IMG/VR virus record: IMGVR_UViG_3300023174_000087 | Location: 1-64,000 of that record | Origin: a virus | Length of the DNA stretch: 64,000 nucleotides | Reading direction: 5' to 3' (one strand) | Shown here: piece by piece, positions 46,452-56,224 of the stretch | Layout: every line of letters starts with the position of its first letter | Position numbering within the stretch: the stretch's first letter is position 1 | Program-made: the position numbers and the translations under genes | The notes under the pieces: generated by a model | Database searches by the model: none | What the model was told of the DNA's origin: nothing | Seen by the model: the letters and a program-made list of their open reading frames with translations, nothing else

Positions 46452-46769
46452 ATGTCAGAAAAAGCATCAACAACAAAAAAGGTAACCCTTATTGATGGAA
46501 CAACCGTAGAAGTTCGTCCACTTAAGATTTCTTTGCTTAAGCCATTTATGAAGCGATTTGCAGATCTTGCAGGGGTATCAGAAGACAATGATCAGTCAAT
46601 GGATGTATTACTAGATTGCGTAGAGATTGCATTTAAGCAGTACATGAAGGAAGAGATTACTCGTGAAACACTTGAGGAAAATATTGATCTACCAACAGTG
46701 TACGAAGTAATTGATGCAGCATCAGGTATTCAACTTACTGATCCAACATCAATTTTGTCAGCACGATAA
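46452..46769 (+). CDS. tail assembly chaperone, short (G-like) form
   Basis: LIDGT..E..PLKI..L..FM shared with 45718; GGAGG RBS. Confidence 0.7.
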   Translation: MSEKASTTKKVTLIDGTTVEVRPLKISLLKPFMKRFADLAGVSEDNDQSMDVLLDCVEIAFKQYMKEEITRETLEENIDLPTVYEVIDAASGIQLTDPTSILSAR

Positions 46770-46793
46770 AAAAAGAATGGGGTGTTATGAAGA

Positions 46794-49700
46794 GTGTCAG
46801 ATGTAAACGCTAATATTGGTATACATTTTGATACTGCCAACGCCCTTGCACAACTAAGACAATTACAGGCTGGTCTTAGTAAGTTTAATCAATCCCTTAC
46901 TGAGGGAAATGTTGCATCAGCAAATGCTCAAAAAGGTTTAAATGCTCAACTGATGCAGTCTATAAATGCTACGGGCAAGTTTGTAGCATCTCAAAGAAGT
47001 ATTGCATCAAGTACAGCATCTTTTACTGATGCACTTGAAAAAAATAAACTTAGTATGGGGCAGTATTTTAAATACACCTCTGCTGCAGCATCCCTTAACA
47101 GTAAAATGCTTCAAGGGTTTTTTACAAAAGAAAAAGAAATTCTTAATCGTGCAAGTAAGGATAGAGTTAAGGCCCTACAAACACAATATGTTCAATTAAC
47201 TAATGCCAATGGTGAGTTAGTAAAGGTTCTTCAGGTTGTTCCAAAACATCTTCAAATGGTTAATGGACAATATGCAGATTATGCAACAAGAACACAGATG
47301 GCTGCACAAAGACAGCAATTTCTTAATCAATTATTAAAGCAAGGATCTACACAACTTTTAAATTTTGGTAAGAACACTCAGTGGGCTGGTCGCCAACTTA
47401 TGGTTGGTTTAACAATTCCTTTGGTTATGTTAGGATCTACAGCAGCAAAAACATTTAGAGATATGGAACAGGCTACTGTAAAGTTCCAGCGTGTTTATGG
47501 TGATATGCTTACAAGTGTTGCAGATACCGATAAAGCAGTAGAAGGCATAAAGGTGCTTGCAAAAGAATTTACAAAGTATGGAGTAGCAGCAACAGACACC
47601 ATGAATCTTGCTGCTCAGGCAGCAGCGATGGGTCTGACAGGTGCAGCACTTCAAGAACAGGTTACATCAGCAACAAAACTTGCAGTACTTGGACAGGTTG
47701 ATCAACAACAAGCGCTTGAAACTACAATTTCTTTACAAAATGCTTTTGGTATTTCTTCAGAACAACTAGCACAAAAAATTAATTTTCTTAACGCTGTTGA
47801 AAACCAAACTGTTCTTTCTATTGAAGATTTAACGGTAGCAATTCCAAAGGCTGGTCCTGTTGTAAAACAACTAGGTGGATCAGTAGAAGATTTAGCCTTC
47901 TTTATGACTGCAATGAAAGAAGGAGGCATTAACGCATCTGAAGGTGCAAATGCACTTAAATCTGGTCTTGCTTCTATGATTAATCCTTCAAAGAAAGCAA
48001 GCGATATGCTTGCAAGTCTTGGGGTTAACATAAAGGGAATTGTAAATGCAAATGCTGGAGATCTAAAAGGAACAGTTGTAGGGTTTGCAAGAGCACTAGA
48101 TACACTAGCGCCTCTTGAAAGATCTAGAGCAATTGAACAACTATTTGGTAAGTTTCAATTTGCACGTCTTTCAACTTTATTTCAAAATATCACAAAAGAT
48201 GGAAGTCAGGCTGCAAAGGCTTTTGGTTTAGCAGGAGCATCGGTAGAAGAACTTGCAATCCTATCTGAACGAGAATTAGGAAAAGTAGAAAACGCAGTTG
48301 GTGTTAAATTTCAAAAACAAATTGAAAATTTAAAAATTCAACTTATGCCAATAGGAAAAGCATTCCTTGAAGCAGTAACTCCAATTGTACAGTTTGCTGG
48401 AAAAATGCTTGAAAAATTTAATAATCTTAGTGATGGAACAAAAAAGTTTGTAGTTGGTTTTATTGCAGTTTTGGGTGGAATTGCTCCAGCCGTACTTATG
48501 ACTGTTGGTCTTGTTGCAAATGGCGCAGCAAACCTTATCAAGTTTTTTGCAATGCTCCGTGGCGGAATGGCAAAACTTAATGGGCAAAACAATGTTCTTG
48601 GCGGGGGATTTGATTATTTAACACAACAAGAAATTGAAAATTTAACTCAATCGCAAGCACTACATACATCACATAAACAACTTATTGAAACATTTAATGT
48701 TGAATCAACATCTGTAAACCTATTAGCAACAGCGTATGCCAATGCAGCATCACAGGCAAGATCTCTTGCTTCAGGGTCACCAGGACTATTTAATGGAAGT
48801 CCAGGTGCAGTTGGTGCAGTTTCAGGACTACCCAAGAAGTTTGCATCAGGTGGAGTGGTTCCAGGAACAGGAAATGGAGATACCGTTCCAGCACTCCTTA
48901 CACCAGGAGAATTTGTAGTAACAAAAGATGTTGTTAAGCAAAACCCAGAACTAATTGCTGCACTATCAAATAAAAATGTTCAAAAATTTGTAGATGGGGG
49001 AATTGTTGGTGGAAATTCAATGTTCCTTCAAAAAGAAAGAGATAGAATTGCAAATCTTGATGATTCACAACTTATTGCTTATGCAAGCAAGGTTGGCGTT
49101 GATATAGCAGATACATCCAAAACTGCACTAGAGGATATTAGAAAGATGATATCTTCAGAGTTTGAAAAAATATTACAGGATGTACAGTCAAAATTTGGCA
49201 AAATAACACAGTCTGGAATAACAGAGGTTGGAAAAAAGTTTGATCCAGAAAAGGGTTCAAGCAGAATGGGTGCCTATTATCCAAAGTTTGATCAATTGCA
49301 AGGACAAGAATTCTCACATGTTGGACAAACTAAAGCAGTAGATGCTACATATGGAGATAACCTAAACTTAATTCCGCAGGCTCGTAATCAAGTAGAACTT
49401 ATTAAAAAGTTTTATGGAGATGGTGGCGGTAGTGGTGAGATGCCACAACTCAAGGTTGCTGATGCTCATGGATTTATGTTAAAGGGCAAACTAAATAATG
49501 CAATGTCAACTTTAGGCAAATCTGCAAGTTATGAAAAAGCAAATGGAGCAGGAAGCCTAGGAAAAGATTTTCAGGCAGACTTTGAAAAAACTGGTGCTGA
49601 AAAATGGAGAGCAATGACCACCATGATGGGGGGAGATTTTGATCAGTTAAAGTCGCAAGCAGAGGTTTATGACAAACTATTAATAGATAAACTAAGTAAG

Positions 49701-52700
49701 TGGAATTCGGAAAATCTTGCAAAACCTATACCACAAATTTTTGATGATGCTACTTTTAAACAAATTGAATCTCAAGTAACTGCAGATATGCAAACGCTTG
49801 CTCCAGAATTTTCAAAGATTGTCGATCAAGCAAAAGAAAGTATTACAGCAATAAGAATAAGCCTTGGCAATGATTTTGAAGAAGTTAATGCAATGCTTAA
49901 AGCCAATGGCGCAGGAACACTTGGAACAAACCCAAACAATGCAAAAATACTAAATTATGAAGCAAGACCAGATAATGCAAAATTACTTGGAACAATGCAG
50001 GAGGGTGCATCTTTAGGCGATGCTGCAGTTAAGGGGGTAAGATCTAAATCTGGAACAGATGCTGGATCACCATCAAAGAAAGCAAAGTCTGCTGGAGAAG
50101 AAGTTGGCGATGGACTAATCGAAGGCATGAAGTCTAAAGAAGCAGAGGTTCAGTCTCAATCATCTAAACTCGGAAATGCTGCAGTACCAACAGAAAAAGA
50201 AATTAGAGATGGTGCAATAAAGTCTGTCAAAAAATCTGCTAAAAAAGCAAGCAAATCTAGAAACTCAGTTAAAGATTCAAACACTTCAACAATGGTTGTT
50301 GATGCAGAAAATGTAAGCGTATCACAAGATATTGTAAAATCAAAGAAAAAACAACTTGCACTTTCTGATGAAACAGTATTAGCACAGCAGGCTCAAACAC
50401 AAGGAACAATTACTGCAGCAGAACTAACACAAGCAGCATCACTTAACCTTGGAGACTCCGCAAGTAGTGCTGAGCAAATCAATACAGCACAACAAGATAT
50501 GCTTAATTCATCAATAGAATCTTCAAACCTTGAGGATCTTTCTGTTGTTGAAAAACAAAAACAAGTTGAACTATTAAAGAGATATAATGCTGAAATGGCT
50601 GCACAGGTAGCAGGAGTTCAAATACCTATTGGTTCACAGACTAACGGAATAAATCCTTCTACAGCACTCAGTTCAGTTGATGCCTACGAGTTAGCCTCAA
50701 CATATACAAGAGACAAAAATGGTAGCATCTTAATGGATCCAGAAACTGGCAATCCAACATCTATGAGCAAAAAACAGATTACTCAAAAAAAGCGTGGAAT
50801 GCGTAGAGAAAAGGCTGGAAAGTATTCTGGAAAAGCAGCAGGAGCACTCGGAGTTGCTACTATGGCAGCAGGCGCAGTTGGTGCACCTCCAGCAGTAACT
50901 GGGGCATTAGGAGCAGCATCAACAGTTGCATCTATGGCTCCAGCCCTTGCAGGCATGGGTCCAGTTGGCTGGACAGTTGCTGGAATAGCAGCACTTGGTG
51001 CTGGAGCATACATGCTAAATCAGCATTTTAATAAAATAGCAGAGGCATCAGCAAAACTTGCTACTGCAACATCTGCAACAAGAGAGAGCATGAAAAAGAT
51101 GGGTGAACTGACTGGAAAAGTCGGGGCATCTCAAATTATGGACAAGCGCAGATCAACAACACAATATGGAAAATACTCAGAATCTCTTAAACTAGATAGA
51201 ACATTTGGAAATACATTTTTAGGTTCAGATCTTGGTAAACAGGAAAAGAAAACATTTAAAGAAAACTCATCAAAGTTTGGTGTAGAGCAAGCAACCTCAG
51301 ATCTTGCTCTTAAGTTATCTGCACAAGTCGCAGATGGAGTTCTTGGTAAAGACCAAGCAGAAAGCATCGCAGCAGCGCTTGCATTATCATTAAAAAATCA
51401 AAAAATTGAAATGCAAGTAACTGGAAAAATGAGAACTATTTTGGGTCCAGATGGAGAAGATCTAAAAGATAAGCCATTAAAGACAAGAGTTTTACTTATT
51501 GCTACAGCAAGACAAAGAAGCGAAAAAGCATTAAAAACAATTGAAACAAAAAGAGAAAATGGGGATAGCGCTAGAAAAGATATAGCAGCGCTTGCTGCAT
51601 ACAATATTAATAATCTTGAACTTGCAACAATGCAAGCAGACGCTGTTCAGTATGAATATGAAACACAAAAGAAGAAACTTGAAATTGAAATTGCTTCAAC
51701 AGCAAATGCTCAAAGAAAAGTAGAACTTGAAACTCAACTTGGTACACTAAACTCTAATAATCTTAAAAATACTGAAACAATGAACAACCAAGTTCTTATG
51801 AATATTAAACAAGCAGAACTTGATTTCCAAAAAGTTTATAGTGGATCTGTTTTGGGAAGTCAGGCAAATAGAGAGGACGCTTTCTTCGATGCCTCTAGAA
51901 CTACAGTAACCAATGCTTATAAAGGTACAGATCAAGAAAAATCAGCATCCAATTTCTTAAAAAATACAAAGCAACTTGAGACTGGTGCAACATCTGGAAC
52001 CTATAATAGCAAAACAAGTTTATATGAAAAAAATGGTCTTGGAACTGCAAGAGCAGCACAAACATTCCAAGCAAAAATGGAACTATTGGTTGGCGGAAAA
52101 GTAATTAGTCCAGATGAAGCAAATTCATGGATGAAGATGTTTAAGGGAAAACTAAATGAACTTGATTTAGCAATTAATACAAGCATTAAATTAAATGGCG
52201 CAGGTAAGACAAAAGAACTATTTAATATGTTCTCAGGATTTAGAAACAAAAAAGTTGCAACAAATATGATTCAACAGATTCTTTTAACAAAGAAAAATCC
52301 TGCAGAATTTGATGCAATTATGGAAACATTAAAGAATCTACAGGCACTTGATGGAACAGCAATAGATATGGAAGTTTTAATTAAATCTATTGGTTTATCT
52401 GGAGTAGATAAAATTAAAAAAGAATTTGAGCAAATTGAAGCATTAAAAGAAAAAGCAAAAAAAGAAGGCAAAAAGATAGACTTAGAAGAAGTAAAGAAAA
52501 AAGGCGGAACTGTAAATCCCGCAATTGAAGCACTTCAAAAAGATACTAAAGCCTATAAGAAATTTACTGACTTAAATGTAGAGCAACAGGGCGAGTACTT
52601 ACAAAAACTAACTGCTGCATATGCTTATCAATCACAATTAACAGACACACAACTTGAAGAAGAAGCAGCAACATGGGCTGCAGCACAGTTATGGGAAGAG

Positions 52701-55565
52701 GGAATTTCACAAGATGATGCAAAATACAAAGATTCATTAGCAGCAAAAATTGCAACCTATCTTTCAAAAGGACCCCAACAAAGAGCAGTTGATTCTTTAA
52801 TACCATATCTAGATCCAACAATACCTTCAAAAACTGGAAATGGTGCAGGTGGTGGTGGTGGCGGAACAAGAGATGCAACTTATGATGATTTATTAAAGCG
52901 TTTGAGAAATGTTCGACTGGCTGCACTTAATGCAGCAGGAGGTTTTAAAGAACTTGAAAAAGCCATAGCAGCATCTGGAAGTAAAGCAATCAAGAATCAG
53001 TTTAATGGTTTAGAGCAACAACTTATTAAACTTGGAAAGTCTACTCAATTTTCTGATTATTTGGCGGGACTTGATCAAAAAGAATTAAATGTAATGGGCA
53101 AGGCTGCAACTAAAAATGGCATTGATCCAAATACAGGTAAAAAGAAAAAGGGTGTAAAGGCTGGAGACTTTATTCTTAGTGATAAAGGTCAAAAGATGGA
53201 AAAGGGCTTTGATAAAGCCGTTATAGGAGATTACAATAAAGAGCAGTTAAAATCTGTAACATTGGCCAAGCAGGAGATTGCAGCAAGAGGAAAACTTTTA
53301 GCACTGGGCTTTAAAGAAGTAGATATTCAGACAATGCTTGCAGATGAAAACTATAAGACACTTATTGCCACAGGCAAAGTAACTGATGCAGAATTAAAAA
53401 CAAATGCTGCACTAACCCAGCAAGCAAGAATTAGAAATCAAATTAATGGCGCAGTTGCTGGACAAAAAGAGTTGCAAAAAACTACAGAAAATCAAAAAAG
53501 AATTCCAGAAGTTATAAAAATGATGCAACAGGCAGGAATGGATGCAGAAGCAATCCGTGCAGCAATATCAGATCCAGCAATGTTAGATACGTTAATAACT
53601 GGAATGGATAATTTTGCTACTTTGGCCAAAGATGCTCAAGCAGAATTTAATCATCTATTGTCACAGATTAATGAAATTCCAGAAAGAAAAATTGTTGAAA
53701 TTGCTTTTACTCAAACAAGAGAAGAAAAAATAATTAATGCTGCAAATGCCGCAGCAGAAATGTTTGATGCCTATAAGATGATTGATGAAAATACAATAAA
53801 GAATGCACAAGGAAATACTTATGCCAGCATTCAAACTCAGATGGATAACTTAAACAATCAAGCAAAAATTGTTCAAGACAGCATAAATATAACACAATCA
53901 CAGATTGATACTCTTCAGCAAGAAGTAGATAAAGATCAAAGAAATATAGAAACAAACTTTACTCGTCCAATTGAAGCAAAGCAAAGAGCAATTGAAAAAC
54001 TAAATCGTACAGCAGAAATGAATTTTGTTCGTCCAATACAAACACTTCAAGATAGATCTGCTATTTTATCTCATGATTTAGAAGTAATGAGCCATGCAGC
54101 AGATCAGATTAATGAAAAATATGATAAGCAACAAGAAGCCCTTGCCAAGGTTTCTGAAATTAACCAACAAATTATTGAACAACAACAGCAACAACTTGGG
54201 TTAGCAGATGCATTATCCTCTGGAGATATTTCAGCAGCAGCAAAGGCTGTACAAGGAATGCGATCAACAAGTGCATCAAACTATGCACAAAATGCTGATA
54301 AGGCTTTGCAACAAGCAAGACAAAATGAAATTGATGGACTACGTGGTGGAGTAAGTGGAAAATCACAAAAAGATATTCAAGAAGAACAATATCAAATTGG
54401 GCAACAGGTTTATGATCTTGAACAAAAGAAGGCTGCCATTGATGTAGAGATACTTAAGATTCAGGATGAAATTTATAGTCTAGAGCAATCAAGACAAGTA
54501 GCACTTGATGCAATTCAAGTTAAAACAGATGCAATTGCTAAACTTCAATACGGAACACTTCTTGATCAGCAAAACCAACTTAAAACAATAAACGATCAAA
54601 ACCTTAAGTTACAGTTACAGAGTGATGTTCTTGCATTGCAAATAAGTCAAAATGATGCAAACAGAATTATTCAAGGCCAAACTAGAGCAGAGTGGGATCT
54701 TACATTAAAAGCAGCCCAGGCCGCAGAAAAACTTGCAAAGGGGGATCTTGCTCTTGCACTTGCTGGAATCAATACGGTTTCTGGTACAGTAAAGGGCGCA
54801 TGGGACTCTATCAAATCATCTTATGATGCAATCAAAGATAAATCCATTACCATAACTCAACATATTGTTACTACATATGGAACAGCACTTGGTTTACCAC
54901 CAGTCACACCAACAGTTCCACCGCCTTCAGGAGATCCAGCAAAGGCTCCAGGATCTGCTTGGGTTTCTGATGGCAACGGTGGCTGGAAGCAACCAACAAA
55001 ACCTGCTGGGGATTATGGTTGGGATGATAATCAAGGTTGGGTAAAGGGTTATTATAAAGATGATGCTAATATACCACAGCCAGGATCACAAACAGATTCA
55101 GCAGCAGAAGCAAATATGAGAGCAAAAGCACTTGAAGAAACAGCAAGAAGAGAAAAAGAAGCAGCAGACGCTAAAGTACAGGCAGAGGCTCTTGCATTGC
55201 TAAAAGCAAAAGAAGCAGCCTCAGCAAAAGCAGATCGCATTGCAACTGGATTTGGCTGGTATGGATTTGCTAAAGGTGGAATAGTTCCAAAATATTTTGC
55301 ATCAGGTGGTTTTGCTCGTGGAACAGATACAGTTCCAGCAATGCTAACCCCAGGAGAATTTGTAATGAGTAGATATGCTGTAAATAGCCATGGCATAAAT
55401 AATATGAGTGCTTTAAATTCAGGAACATCAATGGGCGATTCAGTGTATAATTATAACTTAAATGTAAGTGTAAGATCAGATGCTAGTCCAGACGAAATTG
55501 CAAGAACGGTAATGGCACAAATAAAGCAAGTAGACTCACAAAGAATTAAGGGGAATAGACTATAA
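46794..55565 (+). CDS. tape measure protein (2923 aa)
   Basis: TP901-like core (AVENQT..S..DL..AIPKAGPV, EGANALKS); Ala/Gln-rich helical; DTVPA.LTPGEFV motifs. Confidence 0.92.
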   Translation: MSDVNANIGIHFDTANALAQLRQLQAGLSKFNQSLTEGNVASANAQKGLNAQLMQSINATGKFVASQRSIASSTASFTDALEKNKLSMGQYFKYTSAAASLNSKMLQGFFTKEKEILNRASKDRVKALQTQYVQLTNANGELVKVLQVVPKHLQMVNGQYADYATRTQMAAQRQQFLNQLLKQGSTQLLNFGKNTQWAGRQLMVGLTIPLVMLGSTAAKTFRDMEQATVKFQRVYGDMLTSVADTDKAVEGIKVLAKEFTKYGVAATDTMNLAAQAAAMGLTGAALQEQVTSATKLAVLGQVDQQQALETTISLQNAFGISSEQLAQKINFLNAVENQTVLSIEDLTVAIPKAGPVVKQLGGSVEDLAFFMTAMKEGGINASEGANALKSGLASMINPSKKASDMLASLGVNIKGIVNANAGDLKGTVVGFARALDTLAPLERSRAIEQLFGKFQFARLSTLFQNITKDGSQAAKAFGLAGASVEELAILSERELGKVENAVGVKFQKQIENLKIQLMPIGKAFLEAVTPIVQFAGKMLEKFNNLSDGTKKFVVGFIAVLGGIAPAVLMTVGLVANGAANLIKFFAMLRGGMAKLNGQNNVLGGGFDYLTQQEIENLTQSQALHTSHKQLIETFNVESTSVNLLATAYANAASQARSLASGSPGLFNGSPGAVGAVSGLPKKFASGGVVPGTGNGDTVPALLTPGEFVVTKDVVKQNPELIAALSNKNVQKFVDGGIVGGNSMFLQKERDRIANLDDSQLIAYASKVGVDIADTSKTALEDIRKMISSEFEKILQDVQSKFGKITQSGITEVGKKFDPEKGSSRMGAYYPKFDQLQGQEFSHVGQTKAVDATYGDNLNLIPQARNQVELIKKFYGDGGGSGEMPQLKVADAHGFMLKGKLNNAMSTLGKSASYEKANGAGSLGKDFQADFEKTGAEKWRAMTTMMGGDFDQLKSQAEVYDKLLIDKLSKWNSENLAKPIPQIFDDATFKQIESQVTADMQTLAPEFSKIVDQAKESITAIRISLGNDFEEVNAMLKANGAGTLGTNPNNAKILNYEARPDNAKLLGTMQEGASLGDAAVKGVRSKSGTDAGSPSKKAKSAGEEVGDGLIEGMKSKEAEVQSQSSKLGNAAVPTEKEIRDGAIKSVKKSAKKASKSRNSVKDSNTSTMVVDAENVSVSQDIVKSKKKQLALSDETVLAQQAQTQGTITAAELTQAASLNLGDSASSAEQINTAQQDMLNSSIESSNLEDLSVVEKQKQVELLKRYNAEMAAQVAGVQIPIGSQTNGINPSTALSSVDAYELASTYTRDKNGSILMDPETGNPTSMSKKQITQKKRGMRREKAGKYSGKAAGALGVATMAAGAVGAPPAVTGALGAASTVASMAPALAGMGPVGWTVAGIAALGAGAYMLNQHFNKIAEASAKLATATSATRESMKKMGELTGKVGASQIMDKRRSTTQYGKYSESLKLDRTFGNTFLGSDLGKQEKKTFKENSSKFGVEQATSDLALKLSAQVADGVLGKDQAESIAAALALSLKNQKIEMQVTGKMRTILGPDGEDLKDKPLKTRVLLIATARQRSEKALKTIETKRENGDSARKDIAALAAYNINNLELATMQADAVQYEYETQKKKLEIEIASTANAQRKVELETQLGTLNSNNLKNTETMNNQVLMNIKQAELDFQKVYSGSVLGSQANREDAFFDASRTTVTNAYKGTDQEKSASNFLKNTKQLETGATSGTYNSKTSLYEKNGLGTARAAQTFQAKMELLVGGKVISPDEANSWMKMFKGKLNELDLAINTSIKLNGAGKTKELFNMFSGFRNKKVATNMIQQILLTKKNPAEFDAIMETLKNLQALDGTAIDMEVLIKSIGLSGVDKIKKEFEQIEALKEKAKKEGKKIDLEEVKKKGGTVNPAIEALQKDTKAYKKFTDLNVEQQGEYLQKLTAAYAYQSQLTDTQLEEEAATWAAAQLWEEGISQDDAKYKDSLAAKIATYLSKGPQQRAVDSLIPYLDPTIPSKTGNGAGGGGGGTRDATYDDLLKRLRNVRLAALNAAGGFKELEKAIAASGSKAIKNQFNGLEQQLIKLGKSTQFSDYLAGLDQKELNVMGKAATKNGIDPNTGKKKKGVKAGDFILSDKGQKMEKGFDKAVIGDYNKEQLKSVTLAKQEIAARGKLLALGFKEVDIQTMLADENYKTLIATGKVTDAELKTNAALTQQARIRNQINGAVAGQKELQKTTENQKRIPEVIKMMQQAGMDAEAIRAAISDPAMLDTLITGMDNFATLAKDAQAEFNHLLSQINEIPERKIVEIAFTQTREEKIINAANAAAEMFDAYKMIDENTIKNAQGNTYASIQTQMDNLNNQAKIVQDSINITQSQIDTLQQEVDKDQRNIETNFTRPIEAKQRAIEKLNRTAEMNFVRPIQTLQDRSAILSHDLEVMSHAADQINEKYDKQQEALAKVSEINQQIIEQQQQQLGLADALSSGDISAAAKAVQGMRSTSASNYAQNADKALQQARQNEIDGLRGGVSGKSQKDIQEEQYQIGQQVYDLEQKKAAIDVEILKIQDEIYSLEQSRQVALDAIQVKTDAIAKLQYGTLLDQQNQLKTINDQNLKLQLQSDVLALQISQNDANRIIQGQTRAEWDLTLKAAQAAEKLAKGDLALALAGINTVSGTVKGAWDSIKSSYDAIKDKSITITQHIVTTYGTALGLPPVTPTVPPPSGDPAKAPGSAWVSDGNGGWKQPTKPAGDYGWDDNQGWVKGYYKDDANIPQPGSQTDSAAEANMRAKALEETARREKEAADAKVQAEALALLKAKEAASAKADRIATGFGWYGFAKGGIVPKYFASGGFARGTDTVPAMLTPGEFVMSRYAVNSHGINNMSALNSGTSMGDSVYNYNLNVSVRSDASPDEIARTVMAQIKQVDSQRIKGNRL

Positions 55566-56224
55566 TGGCATCAGCATCATATTTATCGGGAAGAAAAAAA
55601 TATGGCAGACCACAAGCAGCCTTATGGTCAAATAATGCTGGAACCCTAGTAAATGGTGTATATATACCAACAGGATATGAAATAGGTGCAGATCAAACTG
55701 GCGCTTTAAGTCAATCATATTTAGATCAATTTTTAATATTGTCTGATCACAATAGATCTCCAATTAATGTTGGAAATGAAAGAATTGAAAAACGTGAAAG
55801 AATGATTAATGGAAGAATGCGCTCTTATCATGTTGCCGATAAACTTAAATTTGATTTTAGTTGGGATATGTTGCCATCCAGGTCTTATGCAGGAGTTCCT
55901 GAATTTAATAAAGATACTGGCAAAAGTTCTATGTTTGGTGGATCTGGTCTATCAACTGGGCCAGACTCAGAGTACACCATTGATGGTGGTGCAGGTGGAG
56001 CAGAATTATTAGACTGGTACGAAAATCATACTGGGTCATTTTGGATGTTTTTAGCATATGATAAATATACAAACTTTGGATCAGACGATAATGCATACGG
56101 ACATCTTGCACAGTATAATCAAATAGTTGAGGTTTTCTTTTCAAAGTTTGACTATTCTGTACAAAAAAGAGGAAATTCTAATATGGATCTTTGGAATGTA
56201 TCTGTGTCTTTGGAAGAAGTTTAA
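55565..56224 (+). CDS. distal-tail-like protein
   Basis: first gene after tape measure; RMINGRMRSYHV, WNVSVSLEEV. Confidence 0.6.
   Translation: MASASYLSGRKKYGRPQAALWSNNAGTLVNGVYIPTGYEIGADQTGALSQSYLDQFLILSDHNRSPINVGNERIEKRERMINGRMRSYHVADKLKFDFSWDMLPSRSYAGVPEFNKDTGKSSMFGGSGLSTGPDSEYTIDGGAGGAELLDWYENHTGSFWMFLAYDKYTNFGSDDNAYGHLAQYNQIVEVFFSKFDYSVQKRGNSNMDLWNVSVSLEEV

Noticed and set aside
46760-46794. A-run after the short chaperone as a frameshift into the tape measure gene
   Set aside because: The A-run begins within or after the TAA stop, so ribosomes would terminate first
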